DNA from: Alphaproteobacteria bacterium
GTDB taxonomy: Bacteria > Pseudomonadota > Alphaproteobacteria > G965222575
NCBI GenBank assembly: GCA_965222575.1
Contig: OZ244958.1
Location: 672,001-736,000, forward strand
Reading direction: 5' to 3'
DNA: 64,000 bases
A program made the translations under genes and the position numbers. Of this stretch, positions 27,360 to 37,134 are shown in pieces. The stretch's first letter is position 1, and every line of letters starts with the position of its first letter. Under the pieces are notes generated by a model. It was not told the DNA's origin. It did not search any database and saw nothing but the letters and a program-made list of their open reading frames with translations.

Positions 27360-28966
27360 TTGAAGAGGAGTTGCTGTAGGATAGAAAACGCAGTGCTAAT
27401 GGTCCAATAAATGACTAATCCTGAGGGGAAGCGTGCGAGCAAGAAAATAAAAAGAATAGGTAAGAAAGACATAATGCGTGCCTGAAGAGGGTTTAGGCTT
27501 TGAGGGGAGAGGCGCATTTGCAACCACATACCGAATCCCATGAAGAGGGGCCACAGCCCGATATGGAGAAAGGTAGGGGGGGTAAACTCTAGCAAGCCGA
27601 AGAGATTCAAAGGGGTTAGGGGGTCTGGTGCTGAGAGGTCTTCAATCCAGCCGAAAAACGGGGCATGGCGCAGTTGGAGGCTAATGAATAGCACTTTATA
27701 CAGAGCGAAAAAGACTGGAATCTGAAGAAAAATTGGGAGACATCCTGCTGCGGGCGAAAAATTCGACGCCTTATACAGCTTCATCATCTCCTTTTGTAAC
27801 TGTACTTTATCTGAGGCGTATCGTTCTCTTAAGGTCTGCATTTGAGGCTGTAGTTCTTTCATGCCTCTCATGGCCTTCATGGATTTGTAGGTTAGAGGGA
27901 GAAAGAGCAACTTAATAATCAGGGTGAGCATAATGATGGCGAGGCCAAAGTTTCCCACAAGGCTGTAGAAAATCATGAGGATATGAAAAAGAGGGCGCGT
28001 TAAAAAATAAAACCATCCCCAATCGATAGATTTTTCAATGAGGGGAAAGCCCTTTTGATGGTAGATTTTGAGAATCTCCGTATCTTTAGCACCTGCAAAC
28101 ATGTTGGTGTCATAACGATGTGTTTCGCCTTGCGCTAGGGTTTTTGTAGGCCCTTGTAACACTAGCTGGCAGTAATCACGCCCTTTAGGCCCATAAGAAG
28201 ACAAGGTTATTTTCACCGGCAGGTTCTGAATCCCCATGGCTGTTAGCCAGTATTTATCTGTAATTCCAAGCCAACTATTACCGTCTCCCTGTTTGTGCTG
28301 GGGCGTGACCATATCTTTGTAGTTAGTTTCTTTGAAGTGACCATTTATGTAGCTGAGCGCCCCTTGATGCAAGATGATAATATCGTCTTTCACAGGCGGC
28401 GAGTGGCGTACAATCTGCCCCCACCAGCTTATGTCTATAGGAGATTGTGAGTTGTTGGTGAGCGTTTCCGAGAGGGTGATTTTGAAGTGCTGGTCTATAG
28501 AGTAAGTGCGCTTGAACATTACGCCTTGCTCATTTTCCCATACAAGGGTAACAGGAGAAAAGGGGGTAAGCTGTTTGTCCTCTGTTTGCCAAAGGGTGTG
28601 AGCGTCGGGTACCTGGGAGGAAGGAGACTGAAAGCCTGTTTCCATATAGGCGTCTTTTTTAATGACTTCTATGTGAGAGGAGTCCTTGAGGCTTTTAGCA
28701 TATCCCTTGAGGGATAAAGAGGTGATTCGCCCCCCTTTGGTTGAGAGAATGCCTTCTATGGAGTCTGAGGTTAGGGGGATGTTGTGGACTTTGGGTGTGT
28801 GTGGCTTTACGGCGTTTGGAGGCAGGGGGGGTACTGGAGTTTCAAAGGGTTTTTGACTAGGCGGAGAGGGGAGTCTTGCAGCAGGAGAGAAAAAGGTCTC
28901 ATAACCTACTAAAATCATGATACTGAGGGCACAGGCTAGGAGCAGGTTTTTGTTGTGACTATCCAT
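27338..28966 (-). CDS. yidC: Membrane protein insertase YidC
   Basis: DKYW, IDWGWFYFLTRP, GCLPIFLQIPVFFALY, WIEDLSAPDP, GLVIYW. Confidence 0.97.
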   Translation of the reverse strand: MDSHNKNLLLACALSIMILVGYETFFSPAARLPSPPSQKPFETPVPPLPPNAVKPHTPKVHNIPLTSDSIEGILSTKGGRITSLSLKGYAKSLKDSSHIEVIKKDAYMETGFQSPSSQVPDAHTLWQTEDKQLTPFSPVTLVWENEQGVMFKRTYSIDQHFKITLSETLTNNSQSPIDISWWGQIVRHSPPVKDDIIILHQGALSYINGHFKETNYKDMVTPQHKQGDGNSWLGITDKYWLTAMGIQNLPVKITLSSYGPKGRDYCQLVLQGPTKTLAQGETHRYDTNMFAGAKDTEILKIYHQKGFPLIEKSIDWGWFYFLTRPLFHILMIFYSLVGNFGLAIIMLTLIIKLLFLPLTYKSMKAMRGMKELQPQMQTLRERYASDKVQLQKEMMKLYKASNFSPAAGCLPIFLQIPVFFALYKVLFISLQLRHAPFFGWIEDLSAPDPLTPLNLFGLLEFTPPTFLHIGLWPLFMGFGMWLQMRLSPQSLNPLQARIMSFLPILFIFLLARFPSGLVIYWTISTAFSILQQLLFNWRFNSS

Positions 28967-29192
28967 CAGGAGGGGGGTCGTATAGTGTCGTCTCCTGTGG
29001 GAGGAAGGGGTGGCATGTTAACAGGCGTTTGAGAAGGAGAGGGATGCCTTTTAGGCCATGAGTGTTGAGGACTTTTAAGCCATAGTGAGAACAGGTGGGG
29101 TGATAGCGGCAACAAGGAGGGAAAAAGGGAGAAAAGCCGTACTGCCAAATGTAGAGGGGTATTTTCAGTAGCGTGATGAGGAAGTGTGTCAT
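28959..29192 (-). CDS. yidD: Membrane protein insertion efficiency factor YidD
   Basis: CRYHPTCSHY, CHPF, YDPPP. ATG 29192 overlaps the rnpA stop. Confidence 0.9.
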   Translation of the reverse strand: MTHFLITLLKIPLYIWQYGFSPFFPPCCRYHPTCSHYGLKVLNTHGLKGIPLLLKRLLTCHPFLPQETTLYDPPPDG

Positions 29193-29593
29193 GAGGGGGA
29201 AGAGGCGATGGTTTTTGAGGCTTTTTTCAAGAGATAATACAGGTCTTTTTTCAATTGAGAGTATGGTACCTTTGCTGTGTTGTATCGGCAAATAAAAATA
29301 CAAAAGAAATCTTTCACTAGGGGGTCTGGGAGTGAAGCGTTGTGTAACAAGGCGCGAATGCGCCTACGGCAACGATTTCTCATAACGGCATTGCCTACTT
29401 TGCGGGAAATTGTGATGCCAAAGGCGAAATGGGCGCTGTATGGGGAGAGAAGGTGAGGCTTTGATTGGAAGTACGGAGAGGATTTGGCTAAGTATTTGAG
29501 AATCAGGCAGGAAGCGACTAGTACGCGGTCTTGATTTTTAGGACATTTGAAGATATGCCGATGGCGAATAGGTTGAAGACGCACTTTTGACAT
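29189..29593 (-). CDS. rnpA: Ribonuclease P protein component
   Basis: GITISRKVGNAVMRNRCRRRIR (RNR motif); between rpmH and yidD. Confidence 0.93.
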   Translation of the reverse strand: MSKVRLQPIRHRHIFKCPKNQDRVLVASCLILKYLAKSSPYFQSKPHLLSPYSAHFAFGITISRKVGNAVMRNRCRRRIRALLHNASLPDPLVKDFFCIFICRYNTAKVPYSQLKKDLYYLLKKASKTIASSPS

Positions 29594-29613
29594 GAAGCCC
29601 CCGCCTTGAGGTC

Positions 29614-29748
29614 TTAAGCTGATAAAATTGTTCGACCCTTGCGGCGCCGAGCCGCTAGGATGTTTCGACCACTTGGCGTAGAAGAGCGCTTTCGAAATCC
29701 TCTACGGCGTTTGTATACAAGACGACTAGGCTGAAATGTCCGCTTCAT
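29614..29748 (-). CDS. rpmH: 50S ribosomal protein L34
   Basis: Too short for the ORF track. Manual translation: [44 protein letters not shown] (44 aa). Confidence 0.96.
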   Translation of the reverse strand: MKRTFQPSRLVYKRRRGFRKRSSTPSGRNILAARRRKGRTILSA

Positions 29749-29875
29749 TGAATGTCTTCTCTATTTTTCAGAGAGCCTATGGTAGCATAAATAGTATTGT
29801 GCCTGCAAGAATTACCTCCTCGCGATGATGTAGATGTATATAAAATACTGAACAGGAAGGGAATTGATAAAGGGC

Positions 29876-29904
29876 TTGACAGGAAAATCCTGCTTTTATA
29901 ACAT
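29876..29904 (+). promoter_or_regulatory. Probable sigma70 promoter of rho
   Basis: TTGACA, 17-nt spacer, TAACAT, followed by a pyrimidine-rich leader of about 140 nt. Confidence 0.5.
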
Positions 29905-30045
29905 AAAGCTTGAGCCTTCTGTGCTTTGCTACTTTCCGTGAGGTTTTCTTTGTAATAGGATATCCTCTTGGTAGTTTCCCCTGCCTCAATTTTTTCGTTT
30001 CGCTTTGCGGCGATGGTTTTTTTTTTAAGAGTGAGAGTTTTCCTT

Positions 30046-31320
30046 ATGTTATTGCAAGATTTACAATCAAAAGATTCAAGAGAGCTTCTGAAGATTGCGG
30101 AAGAGAAAAAGATTGATAATGCGACGGCTTTAAGGCGACAGGACTTATTATTTCGGTTGTTGAAAGCCTATGCTGAAGAAGGAGAAGTTATTGGTACAGA
30201 GGGAGTTTTAGAGGTCTTGCAAGATGGCTTTGGGTTTTTGCGTTCTGGGCAATTTAATTATTTAGCGGGCCCTGATGATGTTTATGTGTCTGATGAGAAA
30301 ATTCGCGCCTATTCCTTGCGCACGGGCGATACCATCAAAGGAACCCTCCAGTCCCCTAAAGACCAACAGCGGTATTTTTCTCTTTTGGAGATGGAAACAA
30401 TTAATAAGGAAAAACCTGACCTTAATAAAAATAAAATTCAATTTGATAACCTGACGCCTTTGTATCCTACTTCAAAGCTCAAGATGGAACTTGAGCAGGA
30501 AGATAAGAAAAATGCCCTTTGCTCTAAAAATACCTCGGCAAGGGTTATTGATTTGTTATGTCCTATTGGATTTGGACAACGGGCTCTTATTGTCGCGCCT
30601 CCTAGGACAGGCAAAACCATGTTACTGCAAGCCATTGCTGCTTCTGTTGCCTATAATCACCCCTCTGCCTATCTTTTAGTATTGTTAATTGACGAAAGGC
30701 CTGAAGAGGTGACTGATATGCAACGGTCTGTGCGGGGGGAAGTGATTAGCTCGACTTTTGATGAACCCGCTTCTCGTCATATTCATGTGGCGGAAATGAT
30801 TATAGCGAAAGCTAAACGACTGGTGGAGTCTAAAAAAGATGTGGTAATTTTACTAGATTCCATCACGCGGCTAGCAAGAGCTTATAACACAGTGGTGCCC
30901 TCTTCTGGCAAGGTGCTGACGGGGGGGGTCGATTCCAATGCTTTACAGAAACCTAAACGCTTCTTTGGGGCCGCGCGCAACATTGAGGAAGGCGGGTCCT
31001 TGAGTATTATTGCAACAGCCCTTACGGATACTGGTAGTCGTATGGATGAGGTCATCTTTGAAGAATTTAAGGGAACAGGCAACAGTGAAGTGGTCTTGGA
31101 TAGGCGTTTAGCTGATAAGCGCATCTTTCCTACTATTGATTTTACTAAGTCTGGAACGCGAAAAGAAGAATTGTTGGTGGATAAAGAAACCCTCTCGAAG
31201 ATGTGGGTCTTGCGCCGCATTTTGGATGCTAGAGGCACTGTGGAAGGGATCACCTTCCTGCTGGATAAATTAAGAAGCAGTAAGAGCAATCAGGACTTCT
31301 TTGCTGCTATGAATAGCTAG
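30046..31320 (+). CDS. rho: Transcription termination factor Rho
   Basis: [46 protein letters not shown]. Start taken at ATG 30046. Confidence 0.98.
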   Translation: MLLQDLQSKDSRELLKIAEEKKIDNATALRRQDLLFRLLKAYAEEGEVIGTEGVLEVLQDGFGFLRSGQFNYLAGPDDVYVSDEKIRAYSLRTGDTIKGTLQSPKDQQRYFSLLEMETINKEKPDLNKNKIQFDNLTPLYPTSKLKMELEQEDKKNALCSKNTSARVIDLLCPIGFGQRALIVAPPRTGKTMLLQAIAASVAYNHPSAYLLVLLIDERPEEVTDMQRSVRGEVISSTFDEPASRHIHVAEMIIAKAKRLVESKKDVVILLDSITRLARAYNTVVPSSGKVLTGGVDSNALQKPKRFFGAARNIEEGGSLSIIATALTDTGSRMDEVIFEEFKGTGNSEVVLDRRLADKRIFPTIDFTKSGTRKEELLVDKETLSKMWVLRRILDARGTVEGITFLLDKLRSSKSNQDFFAAMNS

Positions 31321-31345
31321 ACCATAAAGAGAGAGGGTAGTCCTT

Positions 31346-31449
31346 TAAGAGGGTTCTGATAGTTTCAGAATGGTCTTCTCTTTGCGGGATTGGCTCCTAA
31401 GAAGTTTCTGATAGTTTCCAAATGGTTTTGTCTTTGCGTGATTGGCTCC
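31346..31449. repeat. Degenerate 52-bp tandem duplication of the Tim44-like gene 3' end
   Basis: 31346-31397 taagagggttctgatagtttcagaatggtcttctctttgcgggattggctcc aligns without gaps to 31398-31449 taagaagtttctgatagtttccaaatggttttgtctttgcgtgattggctcc. Confidence 0.88.
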
Positions 31450-31999
31450 AAGTCCAAATGGCTTCAATGGTTTCGACTTCTTCTTTATTGCCTGCAATCA
31501 CGTCTCCTTTTTTGTTTGTGGTGTAGGAACACTGCTCGACTTGTAAGGCTACCTCTACGAATGCTGTGTGGTTGTTTACGTGGCTACTTAAGATGGTGGC
31601 TTTGGAGATATTGACAATCTCTATGTGTTGAGAGAGGCCTTGTTTTTTGGTTTTTGAGAGGGTTTGTTGTAGCGTGCTTGAGGCGGGTTCTGTGGTGAGG
31701 AGATTCAGGGTTTTCATATCCTCTTTGACAAAGGCAGTAGAGATGAGCTGGTAAGCTTTTTTCGCACCTTCCAGGAAGGCTTTTTCTTTGAAGTCAGGGA
31801 GCATTTCTTTCACCGCTTTAAGCCTTGAAGGGAGGGAGGGGGCTTTATGAGGGAGGGGGAAAGACCCAATAGGCTTGATTCTTTGTTTCTTTTTATAGCT
31901 TTTAGGGATGTGGTCATGGGAGCCTAGAACGTGGCGCAACTTTATCAGGATAAAGCCTGCAACAAGGGCTAGAATTAAGAGGTCAATATAAGGAGGCAT
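31397..31999 (-). CDS. Tim44/TimA family protein
   Basis: N-terminal TM helix then KLRHVLG, FLEGAKKAY..I..AF, GDVIAG, WTW...WKL. Confidence 0.88.
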   Translation of the reverse strand: MPPYIDLLILALVAGFILIKLRHVLGSHDHIPKSYKKKQRIKPIGSFPLPHKAPSLPSRLKAVKEMLPDFKEKAFLEGAKKAYQLISTAFVKEDMKTLNLLTTEPASSTLQQTLSKTKKQGLSQHIEIVNISKATILSSHVNNHTAFVEVALQVEQCSYTTNKKGDVIAGNKEEVETIEAIWTWSQSRKDKTIWKLSETS

Positions 32000-32118
32000 G
32001 CCTGCGATCTTCTTGTGAAGAGGGGGTGGATTTTTCTCATCATTATTTATAGCAGAAGGAGAGAGAAAATGGTATAATAAAGTTTCCTTTTTCTTATGTA
32101 TTGTGAAAAAAGTTTAGC

Positions 32119-32694
32119 ATGCAAGATTTTATAGAGGGGATTTTCCACAAGGGCAGAACAGTGCATGCTTGGCAAGACAAGCCTGTTTCTGAAGCGTTAT
32201 TGCATCAACTCTATGGGTTGGTCAAGATGGGCCCTACGAGTGCGAACTGTTGTCCAGCAAGATTTGTCTTTATTACCTCTGCTAGTGCTAAGGGTCAGTT
32301 AGTGCCGTTGATGTCTCCGGGGAATCGTGAGAAAACGCGCTTAGCCCCTGTGAGTGTTTTGATTGGCTATGATAGGCAGTTTCCCAAGACGCTTTCTGTG
32401 TTATTTCCTCACAATCCTAAGATGGCGAATTTTTTTGCGGACTCTGCTATGTGTGAAGAGACAGCGTTTCGCAATTCTTCTTTACAGGGAGGGTATTTTA
32501 TTTTAGCGGCAAGAGGGCTAGGGTTGGATTGTGGTCCTATGTCAGGCTTTGATGCGCGGGCTGTGAATGAGACTTTTTTTCCGGACAAAGGGATTGCTAT
32601 CAATTTTATCTGTAATTTGGGGTATGGGGATTACCGCCAGACGAAGGAGCGTCTTCCTCGACTTTCTGTGGAACAAGCCTGTCGCTTTTTGTAG
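32119..32694 (+). CDS. Nitroreductase family protein, RutE/YcdI-like (putative malonic semialdehyde reductase)
   Basis: GPTSANCCPARF, RNSSLQGGY, GLDCGPMSGFD, NFICNLGYG, RLPRL. Confidence 0.88.
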   Translation: MQDFIEGIFHKGRTVHAWQDKPVSEALLHQLYGLVKMGPTSANCCPARFVFITSASAKGQLVPLMSPGNREKTRLAPVSVLIGYDRQFPKTLSVLFPHNPKMANFFADSAMCEETAFRNSSLQGGYFILAARGLGLDCGPMSGFDARAVNETFFPDKGIAINFICNLGYGDYRQTKERLPRLSVEQACRFL

Positions 32695-32697
32695 ATT

Positions 32698-33342
32698 ATG
32701 GGGCAGATTGTGATAGCGTTAGAGACGTCTTGTCAATTTTCTTCTGTAGCGGTTGCGTGTGATAAAACGGTGATTGCAAAGGAGCAAGTCCGTGGTGCTA
32801 GACAGATGGAAAACATTCTTTCTCTTTTAGAGAAGGTCTTAGCAGGGCAGAGTCTCAAAGAGATTCGGGCAGTTGTTGTGTCTTTAGGCCCCGGGACTTT
32901 TTCTGGGACAAGAATTGCGTTAACGGTGGGGAAAGCTCTTTGTATGGTGACAAAAGCGACCTTAGTTGGCATGAGTGCTTTTGAAGCGTTAGCCTATCGG
33001 TGGCGGGGGCTTTATCAAGGGAAACCTATCACCTTTCTCTTGCCTATGGGGCCTGTGAAAGTGGCGCGTCAATCTTTTGATGGACAAGCCCTTTGCAATG
33101 AGGTGGTGTTTGAGACCCTTGAAGAGGCTTTGTCTTCTTCTTTAACCTGTGCTGGACATGTGTGGAAGAAAACGCAAGACTTCCCCTTATCTTCTTTAGA
33201 AGGCTACAAGAGTAAGATGATACGGAAGACCTTTTTTCCGCGCGCTCAAGATTTATTGATGGCTTTTTTTGACCAGAAGGCTTCTGTTTTGTATACTCAC
33301 TTGAAACCGCTGTACGGAACAAAAGGTGTTGGGGATGATTAA
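32698..33342 (+). CDS. tsaB: tRNA t6A biosynthesis protein TsaB
   Basis: IALETS...SVAV, GPGTFSGTRI, C-terminal PLY. Confidence 0.85.
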   Translation: MGQIVIALETSCQFSSVAVACDKTVIAKEQVRGARQMENILSLLEKVLAGQSLKEIRAVVVSLGPGTFSGTRIALTVGKALCMVTKATLVGMSAFEALAYRWRGLYQGKPITFLLPMGPVKVARQSFDGQALCNEVVFETLEEALSSSLTCAGHVWKKTQDFPLSSLEGYKSKMIRKTFFPRAQDLLMAFFDQKASVLYTHLKPLYGTKGVGDD

Positions 33343-34705
33343 AGTGTCTTTCTCTCTTTTCAGAGCAGGTCTTGTGCTGATTTTTCTTCTGAGCTTAGGC
33401 ATAGGAAGCTTTGTGGCTAGTGTTTTTTTTGCGCATGTTCCTGCTGTTTCTTCTTCACTGAGGGAAGAGACGGAGAGCTTGAGTTATGCGTTGCAGCACC
33501 TCCCCCCCCCGCGCAAGCCTGTTAAGCAAGCAGGCACGATACCCTCCCTTGAGACGTTAAAGCAAACCATGGAGGCGCAATCTGTGGTGATTCAATCAGG
33601 GCAAACATTAGCGGGCGTACTAGAAAAGACCTTTGGTCTTTCTCCTGTAGAGGGGGCGAATGTTGTTGTAGCCTTAAAGAAGGTGATGAATCCCAGAGTA
33701 ATTCGGACCGGAGAGATGATTTGGGCTTTTTTTCAAAAAGGAGAACTACAAGTTCTGGAAATGTCGCGTCAGGGTCTTTACCGCATTGGCGTGAGAGCGT
33801 CTAATGGGTGGGTACCTTATAAGGAAAAGATTTCTGTTTGGCCTACGCTTTTAGTTTCAGGGGGGCGGATTGAGTCTTCTTTTTATGTAGCGGCAAAGCT
33901 TAGCGGCTTAGAAGAAGGGCAGATTCGGCAGATGATGGAGGTTTTAAGAGGGAGTTTGGATTTTGAAAGAGAGATTCAGGCAGGCGATTATTTCACTGTT
34001 ATCTTTGAGCATTTACTGGATGAGAATGATAAAGATATTGGGGTGAAGACACTTTTAGCCATTGCCTTTAGCAGGAAAAATACGTCCTTGTTTTATGCGG
34101 CTTTTTTCAATAAGAATGGCTCGATAGAGTATTTTGATACAACAGGTGTGAGTGCCTCCTCTTTTTTGTTGAAGACCCCTGTGAGGTACAAGCGTATTAG
34201 TTCCCCTTATGGGATGAGGAAGCACCCTATTTCTGGGTATAATAAGATGCATGCCGGGGTAGATTTTGCTGCCCAGGCGGGCAGTCATGTGTTAGCGGCT
34301 GGTAAGGGGAAGATTGTTTTTGCTAGAGAAAATGGACGATACGGCAATTTTCTGATGATTAAACATGCCAATGGATACCAAACAGCTTATGCGCACTTAA
34401 AAGGATTTGCTAGGGGGATTGTCCAGGGAAGAAGGGTGGAAAAGGGGCAATTGATAGGGTATGTTGGTAATACAGGGTCTTCCACAGGGGTGCATTTGCA
34501 CTATGAGGTGCGGCTTAATGGGGTGCATTTGAATCCTATGGCTCTGAAACTGCCGAAGGAGCGCGACTTGTCTGAGGAGGAACAGCAATACTTTGAGACC
34601 TATGTTTTTTCTCTTCAGAAGATTATAAGCGGCTATTATTTTTCTGAGGAGCAACAATTGAAGATACTGGAAAGGATGAAAAAACACAAAGAGCCCTCTT
34701 CATGA
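33335..34705 (+). CDS. M23 family peptidoglycan DD-endopeptidase (MepM-like)
   Basis: N-terminal TM helix, RKHPISGYNKMHAGVDFAA (HxxxD), YAHL, STGVHLHYEV (HxH). Confidence 0.92.
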   Translation: MIKVSFSLFRAGLVLIFLLSLGIGSFVASVFFAHVPAVSSSLREETESLSYALQHLPPPRKPVKQAGTIPSLETLKQTMEAQSVVIQSGQTLAGVLEKTFGLSPVEGANVVVALKKVMNPRVIRTGEMIWAFFQKGELQVLEMSRQGLYRIGVRASNGWVPYKEKISVWPTLLVSGGRIESSFYVAAKLSGLEEGQIRQMMEVLRGSLDFEREIQAGDYFTVIFEHLLDENDKDIGVKTLLAIAFSRKNTSLFYAAFFNKNGSIEYFDTTGVSASSFLLKTPVRYKRISSPYGMRKHPISGYNKMHAGVDFAAQAGSHVLAAGKGKIVFARENGRYGNFLMIKHANGYQTAYAHLKGFARGIVQGRRVEKGQLIGYVGNTGSSTGVHLHYEVRLNGVHLNPMALKLPKERDLSEEEQQYFETYVFSLQKIISGYYFSEEQQLKILERMKKHKEPSS

Positions 34706-34731
34706 TGGTTGATGATGTACAGAAAAGCTTG

Positions 34732-34814
34732 GCGGGTATGGCGAAATTGGTAGACGCGTCAGATTTAGGTTCTGGTAGCCTTGTGCTGTGGGGGTTCAAC
34801 TCCCTCTACCCGCA
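34732..34814 (+). tRNA. tRNA-Leu (TAG)
   Basis: Acceptor stem gcgggta/tacccgc, D arm tggcgaaattggtagacgc, anticodon arm tcaga-ttTAGgt-tctgg, long variable arm, T-loop gttcaactc; upstream of tig. Confidence 0.95.
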
Positions 34815-34859
34815 CATACCCCTCCCCTTATGGGCAAGGCGGGAGAGAGTGGTAGTAAC

Positions 34860-36263
34860 GTGAAGAGAGTTCTGACAAAACAGGAAGGATTATCCTATAC
34901 CTTTGATGTGACGGTTGAGATACAGGAACTATTAGAAGCTCTTGGGCACAAGGCGGCCTCCTATCAGAAGACCTCTAAGGTCAAGGGATTTAGACCCGGA
35001 AAGGTGAAGATGGAGGTGATAGAGCGCCTCTATGGGGAACAGATTCGCAAAGAGGTGGTGGACGATTTTCTCAAGCAAGGGGTACAGACTATTCTTGAAG
35101 AGAGGGGGTTGGTGTTAGCAGTGAATCCTGATGTGAGTATTAGGACACTTGATGCTCAGAAAGGGCTTGCGTATACCTTGAAGCTTGAAACGGTAAAGCC
35201 TATAGCTCCTGTGGACTGGAGTTCGGTGTCTGTTTATCAACTGGAAGCTAGCCCTTCTCAACAGGAGATAGGGAAGTTTATTGAGGGGTTATTACGGTCT
35301 CATAGGGTTTACAAACCAGCAGGAAGTCAGCAGCAGCAGGTAGAGAAGGAGGATAGGGTGGAGCTTCACCTTAAAGGGTCTATAGGCGGTGTAGAGGTTG
35401 AAACGCAGCGGCGCAAGCATCAACAAGTGGTTCTTGGGCAGGGACAATTTTCCCCTGATTTTGAACAAGCGCTTTTAGGGGCGAAGGTGGGAGAGCGGGT
35501 CTCTTGCAAGCTCTCTTTTGACCAAGAGCCTCAACATCTTGCAGGGCAAACGGTGGACTACTCCATGGAGATAGTAGCGGTGGAAAAACCTTTGCCTATG
35601 ACTATTGCTCCTTTGCTCAAGGTTTTAGGACATAAAACGGAGGAAGAACTTACATCTGCTGTTAGACAGCGGCTATTGAAGATTTACCAAAATATGTCAC
35701 GTGCTTGTCTGAAGGCGGAGATTCTTTCTAAAATTGCCTATTTGTATAAGGATCACCCTCTTCCTCCGCGATTTTTGGAAGCGGAAGAAGATGACGTTGC
35801 TAAAACGTTTCTTGGCACGCTACCGCAAGAAGACAAAAAAGGTGCGGAAGACAAAGACAAGAAAAAAGACAAGACAGGCGCTCAACCAATGCGTCCTTTC
35901 TTGTCTCTTGGGGATAAGGAGAAAAAACAGGCGTCCTTATTGGCGCAGCGCCGGTTGATAAATAGCTTTGTCATTGGAGATATGGCGAAACGGTACAATT
36001 TACTGGTGACGGATGAAGAGCTTGAGGTTGCTTTGGAGAATCGGGCGAATTCTTATCCTAATCCCAAAGATTTTATGTCTTTTTATCGTCAAAATCCTGA
36101 ACAGAAAAAGATATTTAAGTGGTCTCTTTTAGAGGAGCAGGTGATAAACTTTATTGCAGCGAAAGTTTCCTTGAGAAAAAAGAAAGTGTCTCCTTTAGAG
36201 CTAGAAGAGACCTTAAAACAACAGGAAGCCCCCCCCCCCTCCCCCCCTCCTATTTCTTCATGA
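34860..36263 (+). CDS. tig: Trigger factor
   Basis: Ribosome-binding motif GFRPGKV, FKBP-like middle domain (FEQALLGAKVGE, LAGQTV), upstream of clpP. Start taken at GTG 34860 because the longer ORF overlaps the tRNA. Confidence 0.92.
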   Translation: MKRVLTKQEGLSYTFDVTVEIQELLEALGHKAASYQKTSKVKGFRPGKVKMEVIERLYGEQIRKEVVDDFLKQGVQTILEERGLVLAVNPDVSIRTLDAQKGLAYTLKLETVKPIAPVDWSSVSVYQLEASPSQQEIGKFIEGLLRSHRVYKPAGSQQQQVEKEDRVELHLKGSIGGVEVETQRRKHQQVVLGQGQFSPDFEQALLGAKVGERVSCKLSFDQEPQHLAGQTVDYSMEIVAVEKPLPMTIAPLLKVLGHKTEEELTSAVRQRLLKIYQNMSRACLKAEILSKIAYLYKDHPLPPRFLEAEEDDVAKTFLGTLPQEDKKGAEDKDKKKDKTGAQPMRPFLSLGDKEKKQASLLAQRRLINSFVIGDMAKRYNLLVTDEELEVALENRANSYPNPKDFMSFYRQNPEQKKIFKWSLLEEQVINFIAAKVSLRKKKVSPLELEETLKQQEAPPPSPPPISS

Positions 36264-36271
36264 GGTTTTAG

Positions 36272-36904
36272 ATGTCTATGACAAAGCACAGAAGATGGCC
36301 TAGAGCGGTTAGCTCTTTGGTGCCTATGGTTTTAGAGCAAACGCAAAGAGGGGAAAGAGCTTTTGATATTTACTCACGTCTTTTAAGGGAGCGGGTGATT
36401 TTTATTGTTGGCCCCATTGATGATGCTGTATCGTCTTTGGTGACGGCGCAGCTTTTATTTCTGGAGGCGGAAGACCCGAAACAGGATATTGCTCTGTATA
36501 TCAATACGCCCGGCGGCTCTGTCACAGCAGGGCTAGCTATCTATGACACCATGCGGTATATTGCTCCGAAAATTCAGACCTTATGTCTAGGACAAGCCGC
36601 CTCCATGGGGTCTATGTTGTTAGCGGCGGGATATAAGACAAAACGCTATTGTTTACCCCATGCTAGAGTGATGGTACACCAGCCTTCAGGAGGATTCCAA
36701 GGACAAGCCTCTGATGTGCATATTCATGCCCAAGAAATTTTGTCTCTTAAGAAACAAATCAACAGTATCTATGCGCGCTGTACCAATCAATCACAGGAGG
36801 ACATTGAAAAAGCGTTGGAAAGAGATACGTTTCTGTCTGCTCAACAAGCGAAAGAATTTGGGTTAATAGATGCTATTGTGGAAAAACGCCCTAAAAAAAA
36901 GTAA
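36272..36904 (+). CDS. clpP: ATP-dependent Clp protease proteolytic subunit
   Basis: [33 protein letters not shown]. Confidence 0.98.
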   Translation: MSMTKHRRWPRAVSSLVPMVLEQTQRGERAFDIYSRLLRERVIFIVGPIDDAVSSLVTAQLLFLEAEDPKQDIALYINTPGGSVTAGLAIYDTMRYIAPKIQTLCLGQAASMGSMLLAAGYKTKRYCLPHARVMVHQPSGGFQGQASDVHIHAQEILSLKKQINSIYARCTNQSQEDIEKALERDTFLSAQQAKEFGLIDAIVEKRPKKK

Positions 36905-36943
36905 ATACTAGCTTGTGCTTTTGGTCTTTTGTGATATTGTACG

Positions 36944-37110
36944 AATGGAATGAGATTGCAGAGATTGTGATGGAAACGATTAGCTCTTTATCATACACAA
37001 CAATGGCATTGTTCCTTTTGTCTGAAAGGAAGGATAGAGTGTGTAAGCTCGCGGGGGCTCAAGTTTTTATCGAGTGATGAAGGGCATAGCCTTATGTGTG
37101 AATATTTTGA
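36944..37110 (+). pseudogene. Degenerate duplicate of the clpX 5' end (168-bp period)
   Basis: 36944-37110 aligns to 37112-37279 with substitutions and indels, e.g. tcatacacaacaatggcattgtt is shared. DRVCKLAGAQVFIE* here corresponds to [17 protein letters not shown] in ClpX. Confidence 0.88.
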
Positions 37111-37134
37111 AAATGGAATGAGATACCGAAGATT

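Noticed and set aside
29749-30045. oriC between rpmH and rho (both genes often lie near origins)
   Set aside because: No TTATCCACA-type DnaA boxes seen, no dnaA or hemE adjacent, and no sustained skew switch.
33501-33510. Phase-variable poly-C tract in the M23 peptidase gene
   Set aside because: The gene is in frame, and similar C/G runs occur in several core genes (tig, MCP, gatB), so they reflect composition.
34788-34859. N-terminal extension of trigger factor
   Set aside because: It overlaps tRNA-Leu; GTG 34860 is the more plausible start.
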